Shown here piece after piece: positions 6,298 through 16,800 of a stretch of DNA of 46,003 nt. The notes under the pieces were generated by a model. It was not told the DNA's origin and did not search any database. It worked only from the letters and a program-made list of their open reading frames with translations. How positions within the stretch are numbered: the first letter of the stretch is position 1; each line of letters opens with the position of its first letter. A program made the position numbers and the translations under genes. Location of the stretch: IMG/VR virus record IMGVR_UViG_3300042564_000827, positions 1-46,003 of that record. The stretch is one strand, 5' to 3'. This DNA comes from a virus (Duplodnaviria > Caudoviricetes).

Positions 6298-9200
6298 TTA
6301 AAGATTAGCGGCATCCAAACGTGCCTTGAGTGATTCAATAATTGCTTGTTGTTCTTGCATTGCTTTTGTTAATAAAGAAATCATATTGCCATAAGCCAAC
6401 GCATCGGGCGAACCATCTTCTGCGTACTGAACAAATTCAGTTAACCCAATAGCATGAACTTCTTCAGCAATTAAACCGCCAAATGTTTTACCTACATCCG
6501 TTTCTGATTTACCTTCGTAGGTTACAGGGCGTAATTGCAATACTTCGGCAAGACCGTGCGTTGCATCTTGAACATTCTTTTTATACTTAATTGAAGATGT
6601 TGAACGAAGTACTTGACCCCCAGAAGAGGCAATAAACATATTTGCAGCATTACCAGTTGTAAAGTTTGCATAGATTTGCGGTAGTTCTAATGCACCATTG
6701 CTATTCATATACAGCAAACCAGTATCAGCAGAATTTCTCCATACTGCCGCATACGTTGAACTGTCAGCACTTGCGGTTCGAATACAGAAACGAGCTTCTG
6801 TACTAGTAGTCCCTACCAGCAAGTTACCCGCAGATGTCAAAATCATTGATACGCTAGGTGTAACAGTACCCGCACCCGCGGCATATTTTAAAAATGCCCA
6901 ACCGCTATAGTTTTCGCCCATACTAATAGCGTAACCCGAGTGTGATGAACTATCCAAAACAGAGCTACCACCATTTATGCCATTGACGTTTTGCGAAAGG
7001 AATAAACCGTTGCCGCCTGATAGCCCTTGGAATCTAGAGTACCCATAAGCATTGCTAGTATACAAACCAAAAGAATTTAACAATCTCATGGTTGTAACAC
7101 CAGTTGCAGCATCAAAGATATCTAATTTATAAAAAGGATTATCTCTACCGATACCTACATTACCACCAGCAGTAAGAGTAATAACATCCTCAAATCCATC
7201 AGCGGTGACTCCCCTATTTACAAAGAACGAAAGTTTACCACCCCAACCAGCATTTCCGACACCTGGACTTGTGGTGTCGTATACACCCTTGATACCAGCA
7301 TAACGCCAAGTAGGGTATTGCGATGGTGAGTTGTATCCACTAAAAGTTAATGAAGTACCATCTCCGTTTGATGCACCTTGATTATGAAGGTTAACGAGTT
7401 CAATAACCCCTGTAGCAGTACCTAACACGCCAAGTTTTACTCGAGGTGCATTTGTACCAATACCTAGCCCCGTTGTTGTAAAACGAGCAATCTCAGATGA
7501 AGGATAGGCTCCAGGAGCAAATATAGAATGACCAACTTGGCCTGTTTCTGAAGAGATTTTAAACCAATCTTGATTTCCTGCAGGGTCACGAACAACTAAT
7601 CCGTAACGAGTAACAGCTGAACCCCCTGCATGAATATAAACACCATAGCCATTTGTGGCATCGCTATTTGCAAATGCACCTGCAACACCTGCGCTGTTTT
7701 GGTTTACTGTAATTACGCCTGTAACATCAAGCCCAGTAGATGAAACTGTAGCTTTTGTAGAGCCAGAAGTTTTAAATTGTAAAACCGAGCCATCAATGTT
7801 TAATGGCCCATATGCAGCGCCACTGTTATACAATGAAACAATTTGGTTTTGTTGAGGTCCAGCAGAAGAACTAATAATATATTGAGATACTACACCAGAT
7901 CCTCGTAAGTCAAGATTGGCGGCAGGTATACCACTATAGCCAACAGCTAGACTACCGTTAAGAATGTTTACATTTCCATTATTTTGAAAAGCAACTGCTA
8001 AAACATTATCTGTAGTATTATACAAATAAGTAAAAGAGTTGTCGCTGGTAAACGCCCACTTCTTTGCAGAAACCCCAGTTCGTTGCCAAGCAAAAGAATT
8101 TGGATTTGTAGATGCAATTTCTAATGGATAACCTGGATTTGTTTGTCCAATACCTACATTGCCACTACTCAGAAGAGTCATCACATTAACATCTGCATTT
8201 GATGCTGAATTTATAGAGCCATGACCCAAAGATATAACAAGAGAACTTCTTGCTTCTGCAGAACTTTCTTCCCATCGACCAACAGAAAATTGTGCTTGAC
8301 TTCCCCATTCGGTTCCATCATTTAAAGCAATTTTAAAACCTTTGAAGTAGTCTTTTATAGCGCTGTCTGCAGTCATTGCAGGACCTCTTATTTCAAGAGC
8401 AGTTCCTGCGTTAAGAGCGTGATCATTTATACTAGTATATGAAAGTCTTGTTTGACCGACAACGTGGAATATGTTTTGTGGATTGTTTGAATTAATACCT
8501 ACATTACCAGTGTCGCCTACAATTCGCATCCGTTCTGTGGGGCTAAATGTTACACTAGCAGTTTTTGCAGTTGCTGGACTTGCATAAAAAGCAATTATAC
8601 CATCATTGCTTGATCCTCCAGTACCATTCACAGAAATACCAGCCGCACCATAAGTTCCTGTAACACTTGTTTTATATCCAGCAGAGCCAGGAGTAGGATA
8701 ATAATTTGATGATAAATAAGTTGCACCAGAACTGTATTCACCAAAAATGTGGCCGTAGTTGTCCCATGAAATACCTACAGCAGTTGAAGCCGCTGGAAAA
8801 ACAAACTGACCTGCACTGTTGAGAGTTGCTTTAAGAGAGCCATTGGTCAGAAACTGAATTGGAGTGCTAGTGTATGTAGCTATATAAAACGTACTATTTC
8901 CACCATTTACTCCAAGTTCAGCTTGATGCGTATTAGCTGTGTTTCTAAGATGGACAAACGCACCTGCTGAATCAGCAATAGTCAAGCCTTTGTAATTTGT
9001 GTAGCCTACTGGCAAACTTGCCCCAATACCCACATTACCTACGCTTGTGATGCGTAGTCTTTCGCCATCGTTATAATCAATAGTAAAGGCATTGGTTGAG
9101 CCTTCCATTGTTAAATCGTAAAAGTTACCAGCACCTGCGTTTTGTCTAAAACGATAAAATAAATCTACACTTGCATTAGAGTTTGTTTGTAAAACTACTG

Positions 9201-10170
9201 TAGCTGATGCGTTTGAAGATGAAACTTGAAAAGGTGTAGCATTTGATGTTAAAACACTAAATGTTTGCGTATCAAAGGTCAACCCAGACCCAGTAGCCAA
9301 GGTACTAGAATTTGAGGCGTAAACTAAACCGCCTGATGTAAACGATGAAAGGTTAGTACCGCCATTAGCAGTGGGTAATACACCATTAACACCCGCAGTT
9401 AGGGATACTGTATTTTTTTCCCACAGGCTATTACTTGAGTTGTAGACAAGAGTTTGACCTGTTGTAGGGCTTTGAGCAGACACGTTGTGCAGCTCATCCA
9501 TCTCATAACCGTTCTGAATCTTAACTTCAATAGTACCTTGAGTAGCATGACTACGTGTAACAATACCTACATACACTAAGTGAATAGGTGCATAAGGCTT
9601 AATATTAGTATATGTACCAGCAGTAACTCCACTAAGATATAGTTGAGCACCATTAGCATAAGCAGATGTATCTAAATTACTTACAACACCAATAACGACT
9701 ACATAGCCATTATTATTGTTAGAGATGTCAGCCTGTACAACACCATACGTCTGTGCTGAGGTAGCGTCACTTGTAGCTAATGCCTTAGTAACAAGAGCCT
9801 TATTGCTAGATGCACCACTGATATAAACAACAGTACCTTTAGTAAGTGTTGCACCAGTCTCATTACGAACTTGACTAATCAAGGTAGCAGTACTACCAGC
9901 AACACCTACAGACAAGTCTTTACTAGTACCTGTAGTGCTAATTACAACACTACCATCGTTAGACGTTAAAGCACTCACAGCATTGTCTGCTAGAGTACCC
10001 TGAGCAGCAGTAGCAAAGGCTGTACTAGCTTGAGTAGCCGCAGAGCCAAGACCTAAGTTAGTCCTAGCATCTGCCGCATTATTAGCATTAGTACCCCCAA
10101 AGGTAACACCTAAGACACCACTGGAATTCGCACCTTCTGCTAATTTTGATAGATTACGTGGTATACTCAT
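6298..10170 (-). CDS. Tail fibre/spike with C-terminal peptidase S74 intramolecular chaperone
   Basis: Repeated GNVGIG beta motifs; SSIKYKKNVQD...LRPVTY...GLIAEEV followed by a coiled coil. Confidence 0.88.
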   Translation of the reverse strand: MSIPRNLSKLAEGANSSGVLGVTFGGTNANNAADARTNLGLGSAATQASTAFATAAQGTLADNAVSALTSNDGSVVISTTGTSKDLSVGVAGSTATLISQVRNETGATLTKGTVVYISGASSNKALVTKALATSDATSAQTYGVVQADISNNNNGYVVVIGVVSNLDTSAYANGAQLYLSGVTAGTYTNIKPYAPIHLVYVGIVTRSHATQGTIEVKIQNGYEMDELHNVSAQSPTTGQTLVYNSSNSLWEKNTVSLTAGVNGVLPTANGGTNLSSFTSGGLVYASNSSTLATGSGLTFDTQTFSVLTSNATPFQVSSSNASATVVLQTNSNASVDLFYRFRQNAGAGNFYDLTMEGSTNAFTIDYNDGERLRITSVGNVGIGASLPVGYTNYKGLTIADSAGAFVHLRNTANTHQAELGVNGGNSTFYIATYTSTPIQFLTNGSLKATLNSAGQFVFPAASTAVGISWDNYGHIFGEYSSGATYLSSNYYPTPGSAGYKTSVTGTYGAAGISVNGTGGSSNDGIIAFYASPATAKTASVTFSPTERMRIVGDTGNVGINSNNPQNIFHVVGQTRLSYTSINDHALNAGTALEIRGPAMTADSAIKDYFKGFKIALNDGTEWGSQAQFSVGRWEESSAEARSSLVISLGHGSINSASNADVNVMTLLSSGNVGIGQTNPGYPLEIASTNPNSFAWQRTGVSAKKWAFTSDNSFTYLYNTTDNVLAVAFQNNGNVNILNGSLAVGYSGIPAANLDLRGSGVVSQYIISSSAGPQQNQIVSLYNSGAAYGPLNIDGSVLQFKTSGSTKATVSSTGLDVTGVITVNQNSAGVAGAFANSDATNGYGVYIHAGGSAVTRYGLVVRDPAGNQDWFKISSETGQVGHSIFAPGAYPSSEIARFTTTGLGIGTNAPRVKLGVLGTATGVIELVNLHNQGASNGDGTSLTFSGYNSPSQYPTWRYAGIKGVYDTTSPGVGNAGWGGKLSFFVNRGVTADGFEDVITLTAGGNVGIGRDNPFYKLDIFDAATGVTTMRLLNSFGLYTSNAYGYSRFQGLSGGNGLFLSQNVNGINGGSSVLDSSSHSGYAISMGENYSGWAFLKYAAGAGTVTPSVSMILTSAGNLLVGTTSTEARFCIRTASADSSTYAAVWRNSADTGLLYMNSNGALELPQIYANFTTGNAANMFIASSGGQVLRSTSSIKYKKNVQDATHGLAEVLQLRPVTYEGKSETDVGKTFGGLIAEEVHAIGLTEFVQYAEDGSPDALAYGNMISLLTKAMQEQQAIIESLKARLDAANL

Positions 10171-10188
10171 TGGTTACCTCCTTTATTT

Positions 10189-10617
10189 TTAAAACCATAC
10201 TCTTGATGGTGATTGGGGAAATACTAGGAATTCTGCAATAGGACTAGGTGTAACTATTACAGTAGGCTCTGGCATTTCAAAGTTTGGATCTGCCAATTCC
10301 TCGGGAGTACGCTGATATGCTCGACTCTCTCTTTTCTCTGCAAGGTCTACTGGACCACGTAGATTTGCATGAAAGCCTGAGAGAGGTGCCATCTCAGGTT
10401 CCTCATATGTCCGCCCTTCAGTTGTACGTTGTAATACGTTACCTGTAGGTCGATAAATTGTACCTACTACATCTAGGTTGTAACCCTCAGTAGGAACCCA
10501 ACGGGTCTCTACTACTTGACCTTCTTCATTTTTAACTGTTATACTTTTAACAGCACCAGCAGTCTCAAGAGCAGTCATTAGTGCGGCTTCTGAGGCCGCT
10601 TTTAAATAATAATCCAT
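10189..10617 (-). CDS. Hypothetical fibre-associated protein
   Basis: 142 aa between fibre genes; FHANLR and PSRVWF motifs. Confidence 0.65.
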   Translation of the reverse strand: MDYYLKAASEAALMTALETAGAVKSITVKNEEGQVVETRWVPTEGYNLDVVGTIYRPTGNVLQRTTEGRTYEEPEMAPLSGFHANLRGPVDLAEKRESRAYQRTPEELADPNFEMPEPTVIVTPSPIAEFLVFPQSPSRVWF

Positions 10618-10626
10618 GTTTGTTCC

Positions 10627-12489
10627 TTATGCTGTTATACCGTTAATTTCAGTTTGTGATAAAGCTTTTCCAAAGAAGGTAAGCTTTTTGATATGTCCAT
10701 TTAGATATAAACTTCCACCTTTTCTGCTACCAATATACAATTGATTAGCATTTAAACTTAGTGTTTGAGAAGCACCTACAGTACTCGTTGTATTTGACGC
10801 AGAACCTATTGTTGTGCTATTACTACCACTACCAGACATTTTTATAAAACTGTTTGCAGAATAAGAGGGTACTGATCTAATATCATTGTTAGAGGCTATT
10901 AATCTATTAATGTATTGTATTTTATTTGCAGCACTGCCAGCAAAGGTTAAACTCATTTCAACAATTGTAGTATTATCATTTGCACATTCGGCAATCATAT
11001 AATCATTACCTGCTTTAAATGTTTGTGCCTCAGCATATACAGTGTGGGCAGAATTATTCCACCAACTATTAAAATTAGTTCCAATCATAGATGCATTATC
11101 ACTAGCACGAGTAGCAGTTCCTGTGCTGTATATATCAGCAGCACGAGTTGTTGCTGAAGAGACTGTAGGTATATAACTAGTAGCTACAGAACCTAGTTCT
11201 GCTTGCCAACCCCATGTATAGAAAGTACGATTAAGAGTAGGACTAACAAAACCTACATAAGGTTGTGTTCCTGACCCATCAGTCTTAAACGTTACAGAAA
11301 ATCTTTTCCATTGATCTGTGATATTGCAAAGAGTAGCTCCATCATAGGGATAAGGTTGAAGATACCAATTTCCTGTAGTACCAGCAGCAGAACGAAGCCA
11401 AACAGATATAGTGTATGTAGTATTTGTTGCAAAAGTTCCACCTGATGGTATTCTCCAGAACCATGTATTTCCTGTACTACCTGAAACTACTTTGGTTGTT
11501 AGGCTTGAACCATCTGGTGCTATAACATCTGCTGAATTATCGGTTACTGTATAAATATTTTCGGCATCAAGGGTGTTACCGTATAAGTTACTTCCACCAA
11601 GTATATTAGTGGCTGCAGGTTCAAGTATTAAACCCTGACTAATCCACTTAGCCGTAGTCGTATCATAAACAAATCCATTTCGTGCTTGGTTTGTACCAGC
11701 GATACGAAGTACGCCAGTTGAATCATAGTAAGTTGCTGAACTTGCTCGTGAAATAAATTTAGATGCTGTTGAGATATAGCTAGTTGAAAAACTACCTAAT
11801 TCAAACTGTGGATTCCAACAATATACATTTTTATTAGCTTCACCACCAGTAGGATAGAGTAATGCAATTATATCTGTTTGTCCACTTGGTATTGTGGCTA
11901 GTACAGTTACTCTATACCATCCATTACCAGCATTTGTTACTGTGGCACCATTAGTTACAGTTGGAACTCCATTTGACCAAAATATATTTGTATTACCATA
12001 ATTTATAGAGGTAGGAGGATCATAAAGAGCAAAAATACTTGTACCTGGATTTGTTCCTGCTTTGAGATATATTGAGCAAGCATAAACTTGACCTGCACTT
12101 ACACCTGCGTATGCAGCAATAAATGCGCAAGTAACACTTGTTGGATTAGGTATAGCTTGAACTAATAATCCTGAATAAGTACCGTCTGGTGCTAATGTGG
12201 AATATGGGACACCAAAACAATTTAGATAACTTACAGCACCATAACTATTTAAATGTGTTACAATGTTAGTTCTCTGCTCTTCAATCAATAACCCTTTACA
12301 CTCATTTGTGCTCGGGTCAAAATCAATTCGAGGTTTGTTATCACGTACAGTCCTTAAAATACCCTGAGCATCAGTCAGGGTTGCTGCTGACGCTCGGGTA
12401 AAAGTAATACGTGAATCTACTACCTGAGATCCTGCAAAGTCCAAATTAAGTGTAGGTTTAATTGTTGGGAAATTTTGTTTTACACTCAT
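10627..12489 (-). CDS. Virion spike/fibre protein with duplicated carbohydrate-binding-like modules and a concanavalin/LamG-like C-terminus
   Basis: Two copies of (T/S)RAS(A/S)AT..D..G(I/V)LR...GL(L/I)(I/L)E...TN and W..Q.ELGS..TSYI. Confidence 0.7.
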   Translation of the reverse strand: MSVKQNFPTIKPTLNLDFAGSQVVDSRITFTRASAATLTDAQGILRTVRDNKPRIDFDPSTNECKGLLIEEQRTNIVTHLNSYGAVSYLNCFGVPYSTLAPDGTYSGLLVQAIPNPTSVTCAFIAAYAGVSAGQVYACSIYLKAGTNPGTSIFALYDPPTSINYGNTNIFWSNGVPTVTNGATVTNAGNGWYRVTVLATIPSGQTDIIALLYPTGGEANKNVYCWNPQFELGSFSTSYISTASKFISRASSATYYDSTGVLRIAGTNQARNGFVYDTTTAKWISQGLILEPAATNILGGSNLYGNTLDAENIYTVTDNSADVIAPDGSSLTTKVVSGSTGNTWFWRIPSGGTFATNTTYTISVWLRSAAGTTGNWYLQPYPYDGATLCNITDQWKRFSVTFKTDGSGTQPYVGFVSPTLNRTFYTWGWQAELGSVATSYIPTVSSATTRAADIYSTGTATRASDNASMIGTNFNSWWNNSAHTVYAEAQTFKAGNDYMIAECANDNTTIVEMSLTFAGSAANKIQYINRLIASNNDIRSVPSYSANSFIKMSGSGSNSTTIGSASNTTSTVGASQTLSLNANQLYIGSRKGGSLYLNGHIKKLTFFGKALSQTEINGITA

Positions 12490-12653
12490 GTTTGCTCCTC
12501 TGCAGGTTCAGGTGTGTTGCCTTCAGCAAGCCATTTTAAGTAAGCTTGATAGTCGGTGTTGGCAGGGTCAAATGGAATACTCCACCCGTCTGAACGAACT
12601 ACTGAATTAATTTCGTTAGTTAACGATGATTTTTGAAGTTTGTATGTGATCAT
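12486..12653 (-). CDS. 55-aa tail fibre assembly-like protein (not in ORF track)
   Basis: MITYKLQKSS...IPFDPANTDYQAYLKWLAEGNTPEPAEEQT; ATGA overlap with the next gene. Confidence 0.8.
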   Translation of the reverse strand: MITYKLQKSSLTNEINSVVRSDGWSIPFDPANTDYQAYLKWLAEGNTPEPAEEQT

Positions 12654-13835
12654 TTATAACTCCGCAGAAAAAGCAACTCTTGCTGCTGCACTATTAAAAT
12701 ATATATAACCAGCACCACCAGCAGATGTACTACCACCATGAGTAAATCCAATAGATGCACTATTTGCAGACATATAATTTTCATTTGTCCCTGTTACTAT
12801 TACAGTAGTTATACCATTGTAAATACTTAAATTGCCAAAAGCAGAGCCAAAACCAGTAGCGGTAAAAGAAGGTGCTGCTCGCATGGTTTGTTTAAAATTA
12901 TAAACAATATTAATTCTGTCTGTAGTCGTTACTCCATTAGCAAAATGCTCTGTACCACCTGTACCACCTACAATCTGGAAATACCGTTGACATAGTGCCA
13001 ATTCAGTGCCAAGTGAGCGATGCTCAAATGGTGTTGCTACAGCACCTTTTTCTAACTGAATACCAGTTAAAAAGAAAGTTGCTCCAGATGTTCCAAGTAA
13101 ATTAGTTTGAGTAGTTGCAGCACGTTTAGAACCAGTCCCATTAAACCAAGTATTAAATGATGTTGTTGTTGCAGATCCAGCATCACCGCCAAGATGCCAA
13201 TAAACACGCATAAATCCAGTTGTATTATTGGATGGTCCATAAAGATTATCACCAACAAAGGTTAATGTTTTATATTCCCATGTATTTGCAGTATTAATAG
13301 TATATGTCTGGTTATTCCATCGTTCATTAGTACCATTATAAGTTGTTATATTATTGGTATATGTTCCTGGAATTGAAGACTTAACCCAGAACGATAAAGT
13401 AATAGGTTGCGCATAAGCAGTACCGAAGGCAAAATCTTGTACGTTTTGACCTTCAATACGTTGATTAAATGCACAAAAACCTATAGCATTATAGTTTGAA
13501 GAACCTGCTGTATATTTTAAAGATTTATTAAAACCAGGAGGTCCATCAGTAACCTGTTGAACTGTTCCTGTATTAGAATTTTGTCCACCTGATTCAATCA
13601 TAGTACGATCAACAGCAAATAATTCATTACTTATAGCAATAGACCCACCAGCATTACGCTGATCAATACGCATATCGCCATTAATAAAACGATTTCTGTT
13701 TTGACCAATTACATTATAAAAATCAGCAGCAGTTTCTGCTCGGATTATTTGCTCACCAAACAAGCCTGTTCTCTTTTTAAGACCAGCAAGCAACTCACGA
13801 AGAGTCGCCTGTGGTTTTGTCATTCTTACTGTCAT
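12654..13835 (-). CDS. Tail fibre/receptor-binding protein with carbohydrate-binding-like domain
   Basis: NRFINGDMRIDQR ... QLEKGAVATPFEHR...ELALCQRYF motifs common in phage fibre proteins. Confidence 0.75.
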   Translation of the reverse strand: MTVRMTKPQATLRELLAGLKKRTGLFGEQIIRAETAADFYNVIGQNRNRFINGDMRIDQRNAGGSIAISNELFAVDRTMIESGGQNSNTGTVQQVTDGPPGFNKSLKYTAGSSNYNAIGFCAFNQRIEGQNVQDFAFGTAYAQPITLSFWVKSSIPGTYTNNITTYNGTNERWNNQTYTINTANTWEYKTLTFVGDNLYGPSNNTTGFMRVYWHLGGDAGSATTTSFNTWFNGTGSKRAATTQTNLLGTSGATFFLTGIQLEKGAVATPFEHRSLGTELALCQRYFQIVGGTGGTEHFANGVTTTDRINIVYNFKQTMRAAPSFTATGFGSAFGNLSIYNGITTVIVTGTNENYMSANSASIGFTHGGSTSAGGAGYIYFNSAAARVAFSAEL

Positions 13836-13836
13836 A

Positions 13837-16800
13837 TTAATTCTCCACTACAAGCCCGTCAACGGCTGAAATTGCTGTTGCTACAGCTGTTGTTGTGTTA
13901 TCTACTCTACGTAAACCATCAAATACAGAACGTCCAGAACTAGTTCCTACGTGCAGTAATTGAGTGTCACTATCATAAGCTAGAGCAGTTACAGCATCTG
14001 AAGTACCGTATAGTGTTGCTTTTGCGTTTGGTTGGAATAAGTATTTTTCATCGTTGTACATTTTTGCAACTTGGTCTGCACTAGGTGCACTCAAAGAGAA
14101 TCTCCAAAGTGCTAAGTCTCCTCTCCAAGAATAATTAGAATTGCTCATTTTATATGCACCAACTGCTGTTATAGCCGTAGTATTAGTTAAAGAACCAACT
14201 AGAGCGTTAACGGCTGTTGCTAATTTACCATCTATATAAATTGAGTGGGAGTTATTATTGCTAGAAGTAAAAACAACTTGATGCCATGCACCATCATTAA
14301 GAACTTCTGTACTTGCTATGTCAGCAGTTGTTATTGAACCGTAAATATAACCATATACACCATGTGTAGGATTCATCAATATTTGTATACCAGTACCTCC
14401 TGGAGCACCCAAAGTATTTTTATAGAACAAGCCTCTGTATGTTGATTCGGTATTTGTGGTTCTAAACCAGCCAGACACGCTAAAGTTTCCTGTACCTATA
14501 TCAGACGTACTCGTGTAGTCTTGATGTAAATAATTACTGTCGGTAAATCCACTATAAGCAACTAAATCAGATCCCGTAGCTACAGGAGTTTTAGTTATTG
14601 TACCAAATACTTGTAGACCTTTGTTGTTAGCAGAACGATCTGCATCTGCAAGTCTAACTGAAACATTGTCATAAAAAGCGTATTCGCTTGCAGCATTCCA
14701 AGCAAATAAACCAATATAAGCAGTTGTAGAGGTTGCAGTAAAGGTATAAATATAAGTTCCACTTCCCTGAGAGCCTGTACTAAAATAAGAGAACCCTCCT
14801 GTTCCTGACGGTTCTGTACCTAAATAAACCCCTCCAGGATTAAATGCAGTTAATGTATAACTAAGCACATACTTTTTCCCAATCACTGTGGAAAACGATT
14901 GTTGAGCTCCGCCACCAAAAACTTTTAATCTGTTAGTATCTACTGATAAAACAGTACCAGTATAACCAGGATAAGCACTCCAACCAGTAGTACTAGAATC
15001 AAATGTACCGTTAGTAATTAATTCAATTCCTACAACTGTTTCTTGCGTAGTATCCGATAACCAAGCACCTTTGATATCGCCAACCATGTAACCTGAGTTG
15101 TAAGTAGATGTTTGAACGTTATACGTCCTTGTTGCAGGAACACCATCTATACCTTCTCCTAAGTATCTTAAAACACCAGTAGTGCCAATAACATACTCAT
15201 TCTTACGACCCCATAATGGTTTTTCATTAGTTGGATTCCAAGGCAAACTTGGGCCTTGAGCAACCGCTAAGTTGTAATAATAGTTTTCACTAGTGTCTTG
15301 TGTGTTGTAAGGTGGTTTATATTTTACGTTATAAATAGTGTTACCATTATTATAGATAGCGCAGAAAGCATTATCTGAGTTAAATCCAGACAACTTTATT
15401 GCGGCTCCAGACCATGTTAAATTACTTACTGTACCATTATCTCTAATCACTGAAACACCACTAGCTGTAGCAACTGCAATTGTTGGTATAGGTAATCCTG
15501 TTGCAGTATCAATTGGTGCATTTGGCAACACCGTCATAGCTAAGTCATATGTGTTGTAACTAGATAAAGTATACTCTCTAATATTACTACCAATAGCTAA
15601 ATATGCATCGTTATCTCTTGTTGTAGATAACAATTCATTTACAAATCCATTTTTAAAAATATAGTATCCAGCTATATAATTTCTAGATTGTCTATCCTTA
15701 ATAAAATCTAAAAGAACTAATCCATTTCCAGAATAATCAGGTGCTCCAAAAATAACTCCAGCAAGAATTCCATTTACTGCAGAAACTTTGCGTATTGGTG
15801 CATCCCAACTTAAATACTTATATGATATCCACAGGGGCATATCTGGACTATCGCCATCATAAATAATTAGCTGAGGTGAAGAAAAGTTAGCAACAATAAC
15901 AGCAACTGCAGGGAACTCTCTTCTAGCACCACGAGTAGCAGTGTTTAGGGGTTCATTATACCAGCTTGCATGTTGAGTACGCTTGCGCCAAGCACCACCA
16001 TCTGAGTCTTTAGATGTATCATAAATGAATACACTAGAAGCACTAACATTGAGTTGAGCACTAATAGCGGCAATATCAAGGCTACTTAAAGCACCTGTAC
16101 CGCCTGTAAAGTTCACATTCTCTTTGTCTTGGAAAGCCATTGAGCCAAGATACTGATTCAAAGGAATCTGATTTTGACCTGTACCAATGTCTGACTGATC
16201 GACTACTAAGTATTGTGTTGAACCGACAGTTTGTGAAATTGTTCCATTAACAACTAGTTTGGAAGAGTTGGTGTTTGAATTTGCACCTACTAACAAAACA
16301 CCATCTGAGCCTAATGTCATAGACTGAGTTGGGGTTGAGCCGTTTGCTTGTGTAGTAAATAAAAGGCCTACACCATAATCACCATTAGTAGCGTTATTCT
16401 TGTAACCTTGAATGGTTGCACCGTAAACAAAGTTATTGTTTGAATCATATTTAACAGCAAATGACAAACCTGATCTTGGACTTGCATTGTATGCAGCGGT
16501 ACTTCTAATAGCTTGAGTAATATAAATATTAGGGTCAAGATTAACCTGAGTACCTTCAACAACTAATCTAGCGTTTATACTTGTAGTGCCGATACCAACA
16601 TTACCTGTACTTGTAACAGGTCTATTTGATGTTCCACCAAGAGCAATAGAACCACCACTTGCGCGTGTAATAAGAATTGGGGTATCTATTCCTGCTCCCG
16701 CATCAGAAACTGCAAATAGTTGGAAATTACTTCCTGCATCTGACCCAGTTTCGGCAGTTGGGTTTCCAAGATACATAATCCATCTATTTGTACCTGCAGT

